From Myxococcota bacterium (lineage in GTDB: Bacteria > Myxococcota > Kuafuiibacteriia > Kuafuiibacteriales > Kuafuiibacteriaceae), in NCBI GenBank assembly GCA_965223435.1, contig CBDCWQ010000023.1:790694-854693 (forward strand): 64,000 nt of DNA. Reading direction: 5' to 3'. A program made the position numbers and the translations under genes. The notes beneath the pieces were generated by a model. It saw only the letters and a list, made by a program, of their open reading frames with translations. It was not told where the DNA came from and did no database searches. Positions 16,352 through 27,024 of the stretch are shown here, piece after piece (the stretch's first letter is position 1; every line of letters begins with the position of its first letter).

Positions 16352-19300
16352 TCAATCCCCATCGGGGGCCGATGTCGGGTTGGGTTCATCGAGGAGCCAG
16401 TAGTTCCATTCTTCCACGGATTGGTTGGGGGTGAAATACATCCGGCCGTTCGGGTATGTTGCATCTTCTTTCCAAAACCGGAGGATCTGGACCGTGTCTG
16501 GACCGTTCAGGGTGGCGATGTAGAGGGCTCGTTCGTCGTCGTCTTGGAGGGTGCGGTGCATGAATGCGTTGATGGGGTTGAAAGTGTTGATCGCGGCGGC
16601 TTGGGGTTCAAAGCCGAGGGCGGCTCGGTGCTGTGGATTGAGCGCCGTCTCTTGGGGATTGAGGGGTGTTTGTCCAGCTTGAGGCATCCGAAGATGTTCT
16701 TTCCATTGGTCTTCCAAAAAGCGAAGATACGATTCGAGGGTGACCGTCGGTTTGGGGCCTGGGGCCAGTTCGAAGGGGCTTAGGTCCTTCAGCACATCTT
16801 TGAGGAGCACGCGGTCCACCTGCCAGTCCGAACTCATGAATATCTGGATGGCCTCGGCCTCGAACTCGAACGTGTTCCCGTCGGCTTTGGCGATGGCAGG
16901 CACAAACGCAAGAAAAAGAGCGGTCCCGAAGAGCGCGGCGCCGGTCTGACCCGACATGACGCGGAAAGCCTCCTCTGGGTCCTTTTTCTTGATGGCCAAT
17001 AGATCAATGCTTCGGTACGGAAGGAAAACGTCGTCGATGACTTTGGCGACGCCAAACGCATCGTCAAACTGTGTTTGCATGGCGTCGATCACGCGCGCAG
17101 CGCTCGTCTTTTCGATGGGGACCCGGCACACGCGGCACGCGGGGACGAAGTAGGTTTGACCAAGCGTCATGGAGAGCAAGGCGTTTTCGAGGCGCACGAA
17201 GGGCTGTGAGGGTTGATAGAGTCGTTTGGTTTCGAACAATGCGCCCGCCGAAGGGTCTGGGATCACGTCGATGATGGCAAAAGGCCCGGGAAATTTCGCT
17301 TCGTGGATTTCGGGGTCCAAGGTGTTTGGGTTCTCCTCCGGCGGGCCCCAGCGTGGGCGAATGTTGGGCCCGAACAGACCTTCAGCGAATGCGGAAAAAC
17401 CGATGAGTACCGGGCCTCCTTTGCCGGTTTCTGGGTTGACCGTGTGGAGGGGAACCCAGAGTCCTGCCTTTTCCTTGGCCGGGGACAGCTCCTCTTTGTG
17501 CAGAGCGTACAGTTTTTCGATGATGGCTGCGGTGCTGCGCTCAGGATACGGCGTAAGGGCTTGATCGACAACCGGGTGAATGTTCATGAGGTCGTGTCGC
17601 GCCTCGTAAAAATTCGTTTGTACCGCCTGCACCATATCCTTGTTGGTTCCTAAGAAGACGGACGCGAGTCCAGCAAAGTTCCGGAGGATAAAAGTTTGGG
17701 CACGATTTTTTGGACTGGTAAGCCGTTTATGCTCTTTGAGGCTGGTCGGAATCGCTGTCGAATAGACATACATGCCCGAGACGCGCAAAAGCGCGGCCAG
17801 GGTCATGAGCTGCGTGCTTTTTCCGTAGCCGTCTCCAAGTTGGGGTTCTTTGGGGGGAACGACACCGATCGGTTGTAACGGAAGCTCTGGCGAGGGATGA
17901 GCCGAGGCGTCCGGAAGCTTGGATGCCTCTTGCTTAAGCGTATCGGTGGACTCGGTTGGGTTTGAAGGGGGGGGCGAATCCTCCACGCCTGGGGCGTTTG
18001 CCATGTAGGTCACGGGGGGCGTGCGGAAGTGGGCGTAGCGTTCCGCTTCTTTTTGAGAGAACTCCCCGCGAATGGTGAGTTCAATCCAAAAGAGGATCTG
18101 TGCTTTCATGGCGTCCGGAAGAAAAGAAAGACTCTCTTCGGCTTTCTTCATACGAAGATGGTTCTTGACAAACGCAGCCAGGATGTCGCTTTGCGGGTGC
18201 GCACTTTTGAGCGCGTGGACTTCAAAGAGGGCGCCGTCCTCGAAGGTCAAGATCCCCAAGGACCCAAAGGGTGTTTGGTCTACGCCCATCCAATCGATGG
18301 TGACGTGGTAGATTCGGTCATCGTTCATGAGGATCGATGGCCCCAACAGTGGATCGCGTCCGAGATCGGTCGAGGTGTACACCGGAACCGTCGTGCGCAA
18401 CACGTCTTCGTCCTTGAGGTAGGTTCCAAACGGCGCGAGCAAGTCTTCCCCGCGCACCAAGCCAACCGGCTCCCATGCGTGCGGGCTGGGGGGCGCGCTC
18501 CCCACAAATACACCCAAAAGGCCGGGGTCGACCTCGAGCCCGAGGCTTGCGGCGTAGCTGAGTACGCTCGGGGCCACGGCCGTGACTGCAGCGAGTTCGG
18601 GCGGGAGAGCCAAAAGGTCGTCGAAGTGCCGGGCGAGTTCTTTCAGCACGAGCGTCCGCGACTTGGTCGCGATCACCCCTGGGGGCCCAAGGCCCGCCAA
18701 CTCGGTGGTGCCCAGCTTTTCGCTGTGTTTGGAAGAACTGCGGTCCTCGTCGTTGCTCGGCATGTTGTCCTCAGGGGTGAAGACGAACGACGACTTGGTG
18801 GTGTCTTTCTCGTCGGGAGGCAGGCGGGCTGCGTTTGCGAGGCGGTCGAAATCCGACTCGGTGATTCTTCCGGTTCGCATCATGAGGTGGACGCGAAGCG
18901 GCGTGAGACCGGCCGTTTCGGCCAAGTCGGGTAAATTGCCGCTGTGGTAGCGGTTGATGAAGCGACGCAGTTGCCGAACATTTTCTTGGAAGAAGGCGTA
19001 ATCCGCCTCGTCCGAAATAATGAACGCGCCCCCTGGTATCCATGTCGGCTGGGCATAGAGGAGTTGGTCCAGCGCGACTTGGGGAGAGATTGCCCCCGTA
19101 TGGAACCGGGGCGTCTTTTCGTGTTTTTCGATGGCTCTGAGCTCGATGGCCGTTCGATGCCAATAGTTGGGAGACGCAGAATTTTTGAGTGCAATCAGGT
19201 CAATTTCTGGTGTGAAGTAGTAGGGCGGTGTGACCGTGGTGACGGTTTTTTCAGCCGCCTGGGTCCATAGTCGGCGAAGTTTGTTCGACAGGGTGCCCCC

Positions 19301-22300
19301 CGCTTGGTCGGCCATGCTGTCTTCGTGTGCAAGCATGGCATAGATGGTGGATTCGCGTTTATCCGTCTCGTCCACATCGAGATTGCCGAACCGGGCAACG
19401 GAAAAATCACGTGGTCTGGGCATGGTGACCACCCGGGCGAGTTGTATCAGCTCGAAACCGAGATCGGTATTGGGGTGCTCGAGCGTGAGACTCGTGACCG
19501 GTTTGGGGCCCAGTCGTTTTTGAAGGGCAGCCTGAAAACCTTCGCTGGCCTCTTCACACGAGACGCCGACGAGAGGGCGAAGGTCTGGCGAGGTTCCGAG
19601 GAGTCGGGTTCCTTCGCAAAGGGTACGGAGTTCGTGGACGGTTTCGAGGAGGCGGTCTTCTTGGGGGGTGCTTAGGACGGTCTGGGGCCAGTCTCGAACC
19701 GAAACCTTTTGAACGTACAGGTCGTACGCCGAACCGATGTTCATCAAGCGGTGCAACAAAGTGTCGAACACATGGTCGTTTTGGTCAGACATCAAGAGCC
19801 CGGCCAGAGTCTCCGTGTAGCGGTAGCGGAGCCGATCGCGAACTTCATTGAGATCGGGGATGTTTACCCCGGAGGAGTCAGGAAGCCTGACATCAAGGTC
19901 GGCGAAGGCTGGGAGGTCGAACGGTTCGGTGCTGGGCGGTAAGGTGAAAAACATGTGGCCGGCGCCGTGTCCAAAAAGGCCGACGGGCTCTTCGAGGATG
20001 GCAAGGCCCGCGAGTTCGGTGATGCTTGGCGAGGCGCCGGGCACCAAGGATCCAAATTCGTGCCACGCGAGCTCCTCAAGCCGGGCATCGAGGCGGGCAG
20101 CGGCCCTTTGGGCGAGGACCGGCAGCAGTGGGCTTTGGAGCAAGTTGCTGTCCGCGGACCAAGCGGGGGCGGCATCGGGTGCCTCGTTTTCAGCGACCCA
20201 GGTTATGGCCTCTTTCCAACGAAACAATACGGTTTCGCTCATGGACTGCGAGTGGAATAGAGCCAGGGCGTAGAGCGCCGCGGTGCCTCGGTGGACCACG
20301 TCTGATTCCACTTTCGTCGTGGTGCCGTCTGGAAGCAGCTGGAGGAAAGGAATCAGCCGCCCACGCTCGGCATCCCAAAAGTCGTTCACGATGGCCACAT
20401 ACAGTTCATCGGCCCACCGCATGAGGAAGTGCGCCGTTTCTCGATCCCCATGGAACAAGATAGAGCCGAGGTGTTTAACCGATACCCAGGCAAATATGTG
20501 GTCCGTCAAAGAAAGAATTGGGGTGCGCGGGAAGCCGGTTTTCTCATGGAGGATCGGTGGGGTCTCAAGCTCTAGGGATCTTTTCTCGAGGCCTAAGGCG
20601 CTCCGGGCTGCTGTTGGGTCTCCACCTTCGGTCAGAAGGCGCCCGTCGCTTTCGCTTACGCCGTAGAGGTCCCGAATCGAAAGGGCGAGGCGCGCCAGTT
20701 TCGCATTGATGGCGTCGGTCCATTTGAAATATTGTTCGTATGATGACAGGGCGTACAGGGCGAGAAACTGCATACCGGTTTGGTAGTAGGGCTCGATGGC
20801 GGTGCCGGTTTCGCTGTCGAAGAAATACGGAAACTGGAGATATTCTTCCCCATCGTAGGTCCGGGTTTCGAGGGCGGACATAAGGGCCTTGGACCACTCG
20901 CGGAACCAGGTTGAGTCTGATCCGACCCGATTCAGGTGAATCCGCTGTCGCCGCTGGCGGGCGGCAAAGATCGCCAGGGCTTGGTCCTCAAGAAGGGTGA
21001 CGGGGCGCTCGCTTTTGGCAAGACGCCGCGAAACCACCGGGCCCACCGCGGCCGTGTCTCCGCGCAGGCTGTCCTCGACCCCGCCGAGCCCTTGGGAAAT
21101 GTCGATGATTTCGTACCGATGATGTCCGCCGAAGCGGTGGTGAAACGACCAAACGCCCGCGCCCGCGGTCCACGGGAGGTGCTCCCAACCGCGATAGTCC
21201 CCGAAGCGGTAGACCGAACTTGCGCGGATATGGGGGGCGGTGGGAGACATGAGACGGGCAACCGGAACGGCCTGGATATCTGCCTTGGTAGAGGGCAGGT
21301 TGTGGATGGGCTCGGGTTCTACGCCCGGGGGTGGGACGTCGGTCCATTGACCGTCCTCTCGTTGATACAGGGGGCGGTTGCCGGGGGCCGTGGGGGCCCA
21401 CCCCTCTTCGTCGATGGTGGGGTTTGGAAAGCCTTCTTGTCCCGCCGGGTACGCGAACTCGAATTCCCCAGAGTCGCCGACGTGGTAGAGCGATACAAAC
21501 CATTCGACGTCGTCGATGATCAGGGTGAGCATCAGCGTGCGCGCGCTTCCAGGAGGATCACGGACGCGGCCCTTCAAGACAATCTCGACCTCGTCAAACA
21601 GCCCCCAAGGATTCAGGTGCGACAACAGGCCTTCCGGGGGACGTTTGCGCGCAAAGGCTTCGACCCAGACGGCGGTGGTGTTCACGGGAACGTCGGCGAT
21701 CTCGGTCATGGGAGGGGCGTCACCCCCGGGCACCTGTCGGATGGACGAGGTGGCCAGGCGTTCGTGGCCGGCTTCCGTGATCCATAGGCGCACGCGATAT
21801 TGCGCCGGGTCACCCTCACCGATGTAGGCGCCCCAGGCCGGGTCTCGCCGCCCGTCTTCGAGGCGGGGACCGGCGTAGGCCGTGAACAGGCGGTCTTCAA
21901 AGTTGTGAAGGGCGCGGCCCTTAAGCGCTTCCCAAGCGTCGTCGATGACGGTCTGGGCGCGACGCACATCGACGCCGCGGGCATAGTTGGCGAGAGGCCG
22001 GTCGAGGTCGCGGACGCCACCTTGAATTTCGTCGTAGACGTCGATGAACCAAATGGCGGCCGTGCTGGAGTCGAGTACCGTCATCAGGTCTTGCATCCGG
22101 CGGCTCGAATAAGGGAAGCCGTGGTCTCGAACGAAACGGTTCATGTCGGTGTACAGCACGTCGAGCTCTTGGGCGAAAGCGGAAGATTGTTCGCGCTCGG
22201 GGTGGGCGTCGACGAATCGTTTGAGGCCCAAGATGAGGCCGGCGGTGGCCTCCAAGTGGTACAGGGTTTCGTGGTCGTTGCTGGGGGTGATGTAGGGGTC

Positions 22301-25300
22301 AGAGAACGAATTGGGAAAGTAGTGGGTGCCTCGGTACGTTTGCCCTTGGTAGGGCAGTTCTTTGACAAAGGCGGCGATGGTGTAGTCGAGACACTGCTCG
22401 AGTTTGGTGATGTGGTCCTCTTCGAGGCTCGGATAGTCTACGGACAACGAGAGCCAGCTGCAGTTGTCGATGGCCGAGACCGGGCTCGGGTGAAAGCTTT
22501 GACCCTCAAAGTGGCCCCCGGTGATGAACCGTTCGTTTGCTGGATCCCAGAGTTTGTCGAAGATCGCGTCTCGTAATCGGTTTCGCCAGCGTTTCAGGGC
22601 GTCCTCGAAGGGGTGGTATTCCGGTTTGGCCCGACTTCGGATGGTCTCCCAGTGTTTCAGGGCGTGGTTGAGAACGCTCAGCTGATCCAGATTGTGCTCG
22701 GTCACCACGTGGGTTGCAGGGGTGGGCACCTTGAGTGCGTCGAAATCCGCAGCGGTGAGGGTTCGGGGCTCAAGGATTGACTGCGGGTCGCCGGGGGCGA
22801 ACCGAGACACCACCGGGGGATCCTCGGGATTGTAGCGGCGGTATCCGATGGCATCGAGGACCTCGTAGTAAGCCCAGCCGATGCCTGGTTCTTCGAGGCC
22901 CAGGATGTGGGGCTCGTCTTGGTTCACCAACCCCAAGGTGGTTCGGCCTGCGGTCATAAGGCCCGCGTTTTGGTGCGGCTCCAGTCCTCGGAGTGCTTCG
23001 AAGTAGCAAGCGACGAGTGATTCTTGGCCGTCTTTGTTGAGGTCCAAAAAGGCGCGGTGGGTGATGAAGGTTCCGAGGCCGTGAACCGCCCAGGCATTGG
23101 CGCCGGTGACCAAGCGGGCATCGGCCCAGTCATCGGACCGCGTGTTCCATGAAAAAGGCCAGCCGAAGATCACGGCTTCGCCGTCGCCGTTTTGGCCTCG
23201 CTCGGCGTGTTGGCACAAGAAGTGGGCGAGGGGTGCGGCTCGGGGATCGCGGGTTCGGGTGTATTGCGCGAGGGCAATGCCCTGGGTGTAGGTCCATACC
23301 CGGTCAAATTCGGCCAAATAGCGGGTGTCGTCGTTGTCCTCGTCACCCAGGTATTCGAGCTGGGCGCCGAGTTCAGGGTTGAATAGGGCGTCGCGGAGGG
23401 TTTGGGCGCGGGCATGGTTTCCCGCGGCGCTCGGTGCTTCGAGCATAGGCGCTTCAGAAGAAGTCGCCAGTTCGGCATGCGGTGTGGGCGAGCTGGCGGG
23501 ACCGTCCACTTCCGCCGCCGCCAAGTGAACCCAGGGGTGCGCTTGCCTGAGCGCTTCCAGCGCAGCAGGTGTGGGCGCGCCGTGAGGAGAGGCCTCGGCC
23601 CAGATGGCTTGGTGCGGAGGCGTCTTCGCGTCGGTGGGTGCGCACCGATTGCTCAGCATGTGAAACGCGTCCACACATTCGATGGCCCCCGGCGTCGACT
23701 GGCCGCTCGCGGTGCGGGAAGGCGCGGTCAAGACGAAGCGCGCGGTCTCGGGCTCGGGCGTGATTCGGGCTCGGGTGGTCACGATGCGTGGGGCGTCATG
23801 TTCTCCCTTGGGGGCTTCGACCCAAGTCGCCAGGAGCAGACCTTGGTGGCTGACCACTCTGGGGGCGTTTTCGAGCCGATCTGCACCCTGGCCGTGGCTT
23901 CGGTGGTGGATGGGTTGTGCCTGTTGACCGCTCAGCAGGTGGGGCCGTGGCGTGGAAGGTTCGCCTTTTTGGGGCATGACCAGAGCCTGGATCGACCCCG
24001 GCTGGCCTGCGTTGCCCGCCTGGTAAAACACCGCCGCGCGGGTGTCGTCGGCGGCGAAGGCAGCGTCGGGAAGATAACCTTGAGCCCACTTTTCCGGGGA
24101 CGACCAGCTTTGACCGCGGTCCAAAGAGCGGGCCACCATCAATGGGTTGCCGGTGGCGGCGTTCGGATTGTGTGACGGGCCCTTTTCGTAGATGACCGTC
24201 AGCTGGCCGCCCTTGTTTCCAGAGACCTTGGGGTACGCGGGGCCCCATTCGGCGAGGGGTAAGGACGTCGATGGGTCATCACACGACACCGAGGCGGTCT
24301 CTTGGCGGTCGAACGTGTCGACCCGGTTGATCCGCCAGCGCAAAAAAGTGTCGTCCTTCCATACCCCTTGGCGCCATCCTTCTTCGACTTCGCGTTCTTC
24401 GTCGACCACGTGGACAAAGTTCCCCACCAGTTTGGGAACCCGGACGGTCTTTGTTGTGACTCGGGACCACGCATTTGGGCTCAAAGGCCGCTGCGCAACC
24501 TTGATGTGGTCTCGTTCGTCCCAGCTCCCCTCGACCAGATAGAAGGTTCGGCTTGGGTCCGCTTCACGCCACTGGTTGTCCATTCCGTTGCAGTCCAAAG
24601 CGTGGCGCCGGAGGGCCTGCCGGAATCCCTCGGGGCGCGCCACCGCGCCGAGCAGGGGGCATGCGAGCGCCTTTTCGGGCGTACGGGGCCCCGCCAACTG
24701 CCGATAGGGGCCAAAGCGTCCTGCCCAGTTTGGGTTTTTGACCGGTCGGTTGTCGAAGCTGCGGGTCTGACGGACGGCAATGGTGATCTGCTGGTCATCG
24801 AGGTGTAAAGACGGATGCTCCACGTAGTTTCTCTCGGTCCGTTCGAGGTAAAGACCAAAAGGCGCCCCCCCGTTTTGGGGGTTGGGCTCAAGGGCGAGGC
24901 TGTAGGATTCGGGAACGGGTTCAAGACAGTCGCAGGCATGGTCGTCGGTGCAGTTCGATGCGGGGTACAGCCGCCGGTAACGAACGACCTCGTCGTTGAT
25001 GGATCTTTTGGTTTCGTCAAACACGCTTCTTGGGGGACCTTCGAGGTTCTTGACGTAGAGCGCGCGGTGCGCTTCCCCCCAAACCAAGTGGAGGTCTCCG
25101 TGGATATCGATGCCGACGTCGATGCCGCGTTTCCATCCGGTGCTCTCGTGGACGACCATGGGCGTTTCGTCAAAGCCATAGCCCGCTTCTTGGCTTTGAA
25201 TGGCGTACACCCGGCTCTTGGCAGGTCCTTCGTCGGGGCCGCGTTCTTGGATCGCCAACCACACGATGGCGACCGCCTCCCGATGGGCGGCGATGGCCAC

Positions 25301-26878
25301 GTCTTGGATGAACCAGCCGGGGTTGGCTTGGGCCACGGTCAGCGGTGCGCTGAAGGACCCTCCTTTGGCCAATCGGTCGCTTCGGGCGTAGTGGATTTGG
25401 TCGGTACCGGAATCGGATTCGCCACGCGCCACATACGTGAGATGGGTGTGGACCGCATCGGGTCCTCGTCCAATGGCCATCTCGGGGAGCGTGGGCCGAT
25501 GGGGGCTTGCGGTGACGATACTCGGGGTTTCGAAGGTACCGGTCTTGGTGACTTGCTTCCTGGGTTGGGGACGAAGGGTGATGCGCGCGGAAGGAACGGA
25601 TTCGAAAGAGACGTCTCCGGTTCCTGGGAGCACCGCGGTGATGAACCAGACGGTGGTCTCGGTCGATGGCAGGGGACCCTCGTACCTTGGGTCGCTGAGC
25701 GCAATGGGCTTCGGGTCCGGATGCCGATACAATCGATAGCTCGGCCGCACGCCTTTCGGGATGGGTCTTCCGTTGCTGAGGAGTCGAGGCGCTTGCCACT
25801 GGAAGGTGGCGCGGCCTCCGTGGGACCACGCCAGAATTGACCTCGGGGGCCTCGGGGCATGGTCACTGACAAACGGCTCTTCATGGACGGTGATCTCAAT
25901 GGACTTTGTATGGGTGAGGCCCGCTCGGTCGAGGGCCACCAGTCTCAAGGGATGGGACCCCGCGGTCAGCGTCAGCGCGTGTTCGAAACGCCCTTCCTCC
26001 CAGGCGATGCTCTGATGTTGTCCAGTCCTGAGGTTTGTGAGTTCGAGCCCTTCGAGGTGGCGGTCCCAAACCCGGCCGCTGAGGATGTAATGAGGGGTGT
26101 AAATGTCTTCGTGGGATGGCCCGTCGAGAAGAAGCGCCGGACCCTCTTGGTCGACTGAACTGTGGAGCCCGTGGCCCGGCGCAGGACGCGCCGGGGGGGC
26201 GACGTCCAAACCGGTGCCATGAGGAGGCTTCTGATTCAAGGGATCGGTGTCCGGGGATGGGCTTTCTTCCGGCGAGGGTTGCCGAACCCAGTAGACTTGC
26301 CCTTGGGCTAGGGTAGAACCGCTCGTCCACTCTTTTGGCGCACCGGTTTGTGCATCCCACGTCAGGACCGTCGCGGGTGCCAGGGCGTCCACGTGCAGGG
26401 GTTTCTTTGCCCAAATCAATGCAGGATGCGTGGAGGACAATGGGGCGAGGGAGGGGGGCTCCCTCGGGATGTCGGACTCGGAAGCGCTCGGGGCCACGTA
26501 GATCCAGTAGGGTGCATGGGGGTGAAGGCGCCGAGTCGGCCGAGGGCCGGACTCCCTTTTCTCTGGGGGCCGCGACGCGGACCGGGCGTCGTACGCGACC
26601 CAGCGGTGCGAGGGCAGATCGTTTAAAAGATTTTTGGCTTCGCCGCCCCCAAGGAGATGCCATCCAGCGGAGAGTTCCAAGATCCCCGTGCCGCCGACGG
26701 GTGGGGCTTCATGCCGTTCGGGGGCGCGGCCGCAACCCAAAAAGAGCGCCAGCAGGAGGTGTATGTTCCGGTGGCGCCCCTCGGCATGCCTTCGGCGCCC
26801 TTGAAACGGGCGCTTCGGCACCCGTCGCTTTTCCCATCGCTTCATGGAGGTCCCCCCTCGATGCTTTTCTTGCACCAA
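16352..26878 (-). CDS. Giant secreted (lipo)protein paralog A, 3508 aa. Layout: signal peptide with lipobox-like LFLGC, bacterial Ig-like repeats, FN3-like region, BNR/Asp-box region with Cys cluster, large conserved helical core, unique ~1000-aa C-terminal region.
   Basis: Single uninterrupted ORF. Probable start MKRWEK… at 26845 rather than 26878. Asp-box 'SLDRGQSW'. Shares motif blocks with paralogs B and C ('DNCSWLSLSVDY', 'GTHYFPNSF', 'YHLEATAGLILGL', 'GFPYSS', 'RLVTGANAWAVHGLG', 'VVTEHNLD…LSVLNHA'). Confidence 0.8.
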   Translation of the reverse strand: MVQEKHRGGTSMKRWEKRRVPKRPFQGRRRHAEGRHRNIHLLLALFLGCGRAPERHEAPPVGGTGILELSAGWHLLGGGEAKNLLNDLPSHRWVAYDARSASRPPEKRESGPRPTRRLHPHAPYWIYVAPSASESDIPREPPSLAPLSSTHPALIWAKKPLHVDALAPATVLTWDAQTGAPKEWTSGSTLAQGQVYWVRQPSPEESPSPDTDPLNQKPPHGTGLDVAPPARPAPGHGLHSSVDQEGPALLLDGPSHEDIYTPHYILSGRVWDRHLEGLELTNLRTGQHQSIAWEEGRFEHALTLTAGSHPLRLVALDRAGLTHTKSIEITVHEEPFVSDHAPRPPRSILAWSHGGRATFQWQAPRLLSNGRPIPKGVRPSYRLYRHPDPKPIALSDPRYEGPLPSTETTVWFITAVLPGTGDVSFESVPSARITLRPQPRKQVTKTGTFETPSIVTASPHRPTLPEMAIGRGPDAVHTHLTYVARGESDSGTDQIHYARSDRLAKGGSFSAPLTVAQANPGWFIQDVAIAAHREAVAIVWLAIQERGPDEGPAKSRVYAIQSQEAGYGFDETPMVVHESTGWKRGIDVGIDIHGDLHLVWGEAHRALYVKNLEGPPRSVFDETKRSINDEVVRYRRLYPASNCTDDHACDCLEPVPESYSLALEPNPQNGGAPFGLYLERTERNYVEHPSLHLDDQQITIAVRQTRSFDNRPVKNPNWAGRFGPYRQLAGPRTPEKALACPLLGAVARPEGFRQALRRHALDCNGMDNQWREADPSRTFYLVEGSWDERDHIKVAQRPLSPNAWSRVTTKTVRVPKLVGNFVHVVDEEREVEEGWRQGVWKDDTFLRWRINRVDTFDRQETASVSCDDPSTSLPLAEWGPAYPKVSGNKGGQLTVIYEKGPSHNPNAATGNPLMVARSLDRGQSWSSPEKWAQGYLPDAAFAADDTRAAVFYQAGNAGQPGSIQALVMPQKGEPSTPRPHLLSGQQAQPIHHRSHGQGADRLENAPRVVSHQGLLLATWVEAPKGEHDAPRIVTTRARITPEPETARFVLTAPSRTASGQSTPGAIECVDAFHMLSNRCAPTDAKTPPHQAIWAEASPHGAPTPAALEALRQAHPWVHLAAAEVDGPASSPTPHAELATSSEAPMLEAPSAAGNHARAQTLRDALFNPELGAQLEYLGDEDNDDTRYLAEFDRVWTYTQGIALAQYTRTRDPRAAPLAHFLCQHAERGQNGDGEAVIFGWPFSWNTRSDDWADARLVTGANAWAVHGLGTFITHRAFLDLNKDGQESLVACYFEALRGLEPHQNAGLMTAGRTTLGLVNQDEPHILGLEEPGIGWAYYEVLDAIGYRRYNPEDPPVVSRFAPGDPQSILEPRTLTAADFDALKVPTPATHVVTEHNLDQLSVLNHALKHWETIRSRAKPEYHPFEDALKRWRNRLRDAIFDKLWDPANERFITGGHFEGQSFHPSPVSAIDNCSWLSLSVDYPSLEEDHITKLEQCLDYTIAAFVKELPYQGQTYRGTHYFPNSFSDPYITPSNDHETLYHLEATAGLILGLKRFVDAHPEREQSSAFAQELDVLYTDMNRFVRDHGFPYSSRRMQDLMTVLDSSTAAIWFIDVYDEIQGGVRDLDRPLANYARGVDVRRAQTVIDDAWEALKGRALHNFEDRLFTAYAGPRLEDGRRDPAWGAYIGEGDPAQYRVRLWITEAGHERLATSSIRQVPGGDAPPMTEIADVPVNTTAVWVEAFARKRPPEGLLSHLNPWGLFDEVEIVLKGRVRDPPGSARTLMLTLIIDDVEWFVSLYHVGDSGEFEFAYPAGQEGFPNPTIDEEGWAPTAPGNRPLYQREDGQWTDVPPPGVEPEPIHNLPSTKADIQAVPVARLMSPTAPHIRASSVYRFGDYRGWEHLPWTAGAGVWSFHHRFGGHHRYEIIDISQGLGGVEDSLRGDTAAVGPVVSRRLAKSERPVTLLEDQALAIFAARQRRQRIHLNRVGSDSTWFREWSKALMSALETRTYDGEEYLQFPYFFDSETGTAIEPYYQTGMQFLALYALSSYEQYFKWTDAINAKLARLALSIRDLYGVSESDGRLLTEGGDPTAARSALGLEKRSLELETPPILHEKTGFPRTPILSLTDHIFAWVSVKHLGSILFHGDRETAHFLMRWADELYVAIVNDFWDAERGRLIPFLQLLPDGTTTKVESDVVHRGTAALYALALFHSQSMSETVLFRWKEAITWVAENEAPDAAPAWSADSNLLQSPLLPVLAQRAAARLDARLEELAWHEFGSLVPGASPSITELAGLAILEEPVGLFGHGAGHMFFTLPPSTEPFDLPAFADLDVRLPDSSGVNIPDLNEVRDRLRYRYTETLAGLLMSDQNDHVFDTLLHRLMNIGSAYDLYVQKVSVRDWPQTVLSTPQEDRLLETVHELRTLCEGTRLLGTSPDLRPLVGVSCEEASEGFQAALQKRLGPKPVTSLTLEHPNTDLGFELIQLARVVTMPRPRDFSVARFGNLDVDETDKRESTIYAMLAHEDSMADQAGGTLSNKLRRLWTQAAEKTVTTVTPPYYFTPEIDLIALKNSASPNYWHRTAIELRAIEKHEKTPRFHTGAISPQVALDQLLYAQPTWIPGGAFIISDEADYAFFQENVRQLRRFINRYHSGNLPDLAETAGLTPLRVHLMMRTGRITESDFDRLANAARLPPDEKDTTKSSFVFTPEDNMPSNDEDRSSSKHSEKLGTTELAGLGPPGVIATKSRTLVLKELARHFDDLLALPPELAAVTAVAPSVLSYAASLGLEVDPGLLGVFVGSAPPSPHAWEPVGLVRGEDLLAPFGTYLKDEDVLRTTVPVYTSTDLGRDPLLGPSILMNDDRIYHVTIDWMGVDQTPFGSLGILTFEDGALFEVHALKSAHPQSDILAAFVKNHLRMKKAEESLSFLPDAMKAQILFWIELTIRGEFSQKEAERYAHFRTPPVTYMANAPGVEDSPPPSNPTESTDTLKQEASKLPDASAHPSPELPLQPIGVVPPKEPQLGDGYGKSTQLMTLAALLRVSGMYVYSTAIPTSLKEHKRLTSPKNRAQTFILRNFAGLASVFLGTNKDMVQAVQTNFYEARHDLMNIHPVVDQALTPYPERSTAAIIEKLYALHKEELSPAKEKAGLWVPLHTVNPETGKGGPVLIGFSAFAEGLFGPNIRPRWGPPEENPNTLDPEIHEAKFPGPFAIIDVIPDPSAGALFETKRLYQPSQPFVRLENALLSMTLGQTYFVPACRVCRVPIEKTSAARVIDAMQTQFDDAFGVAKVIDDVFLPYRSIDLLAIKKKDPEEAFRVMSGQTGAALFGTALFLAFVPAIAKADGNTFEFEAEAIQIFMSSDWQVDRVLLKDVLKDLSPFELAPGPKPTVTLESYLRFLEDQWKEHLRMPQAGQTPLNPQETALNPQHRAALGFEPQAAAINTFNPINAFMHRTLQDDDERALYIATLNGPDTVQILRFWKEDATYPNGRMYFTPNQSVEEWNYWLLDEPNPTSAPDGD

Positions 26879-27024
26879 GTCCGCACCCGAAAGCTACCGG
26901 TGGGGCGGTGTCAAGAGGCATGGCGAGAGATCAGAACGGTGAGGTGGGTTTCCCCTTCTGAGAAGCGCGCGCGGGCAAATTCTCAATCGTCGCGCTTTTC
27001 AGATCGAGGAGCAGAAAAATGGGG

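Noticed and set aside
18029-18934. Plus-strand ORFs of 250–340 aa inside the giant genes (e.g. 18029..18934, 35738..36673, 54976..55956, 46129..46899)
   Set aside because: All are antisense to uninterrupted 10–13-kb ORFs with internally consistent paralogy. They have low-complexity Arg/Gly-rich translations.
26886-26914. Sigma70-like TTGACA (minus strand 26914..26909) upstream of giant gene A
   Set aside because: The corresponding -10 candidates (TTCGGG/TTTCGG) are poor. Not enough to call a promoter.
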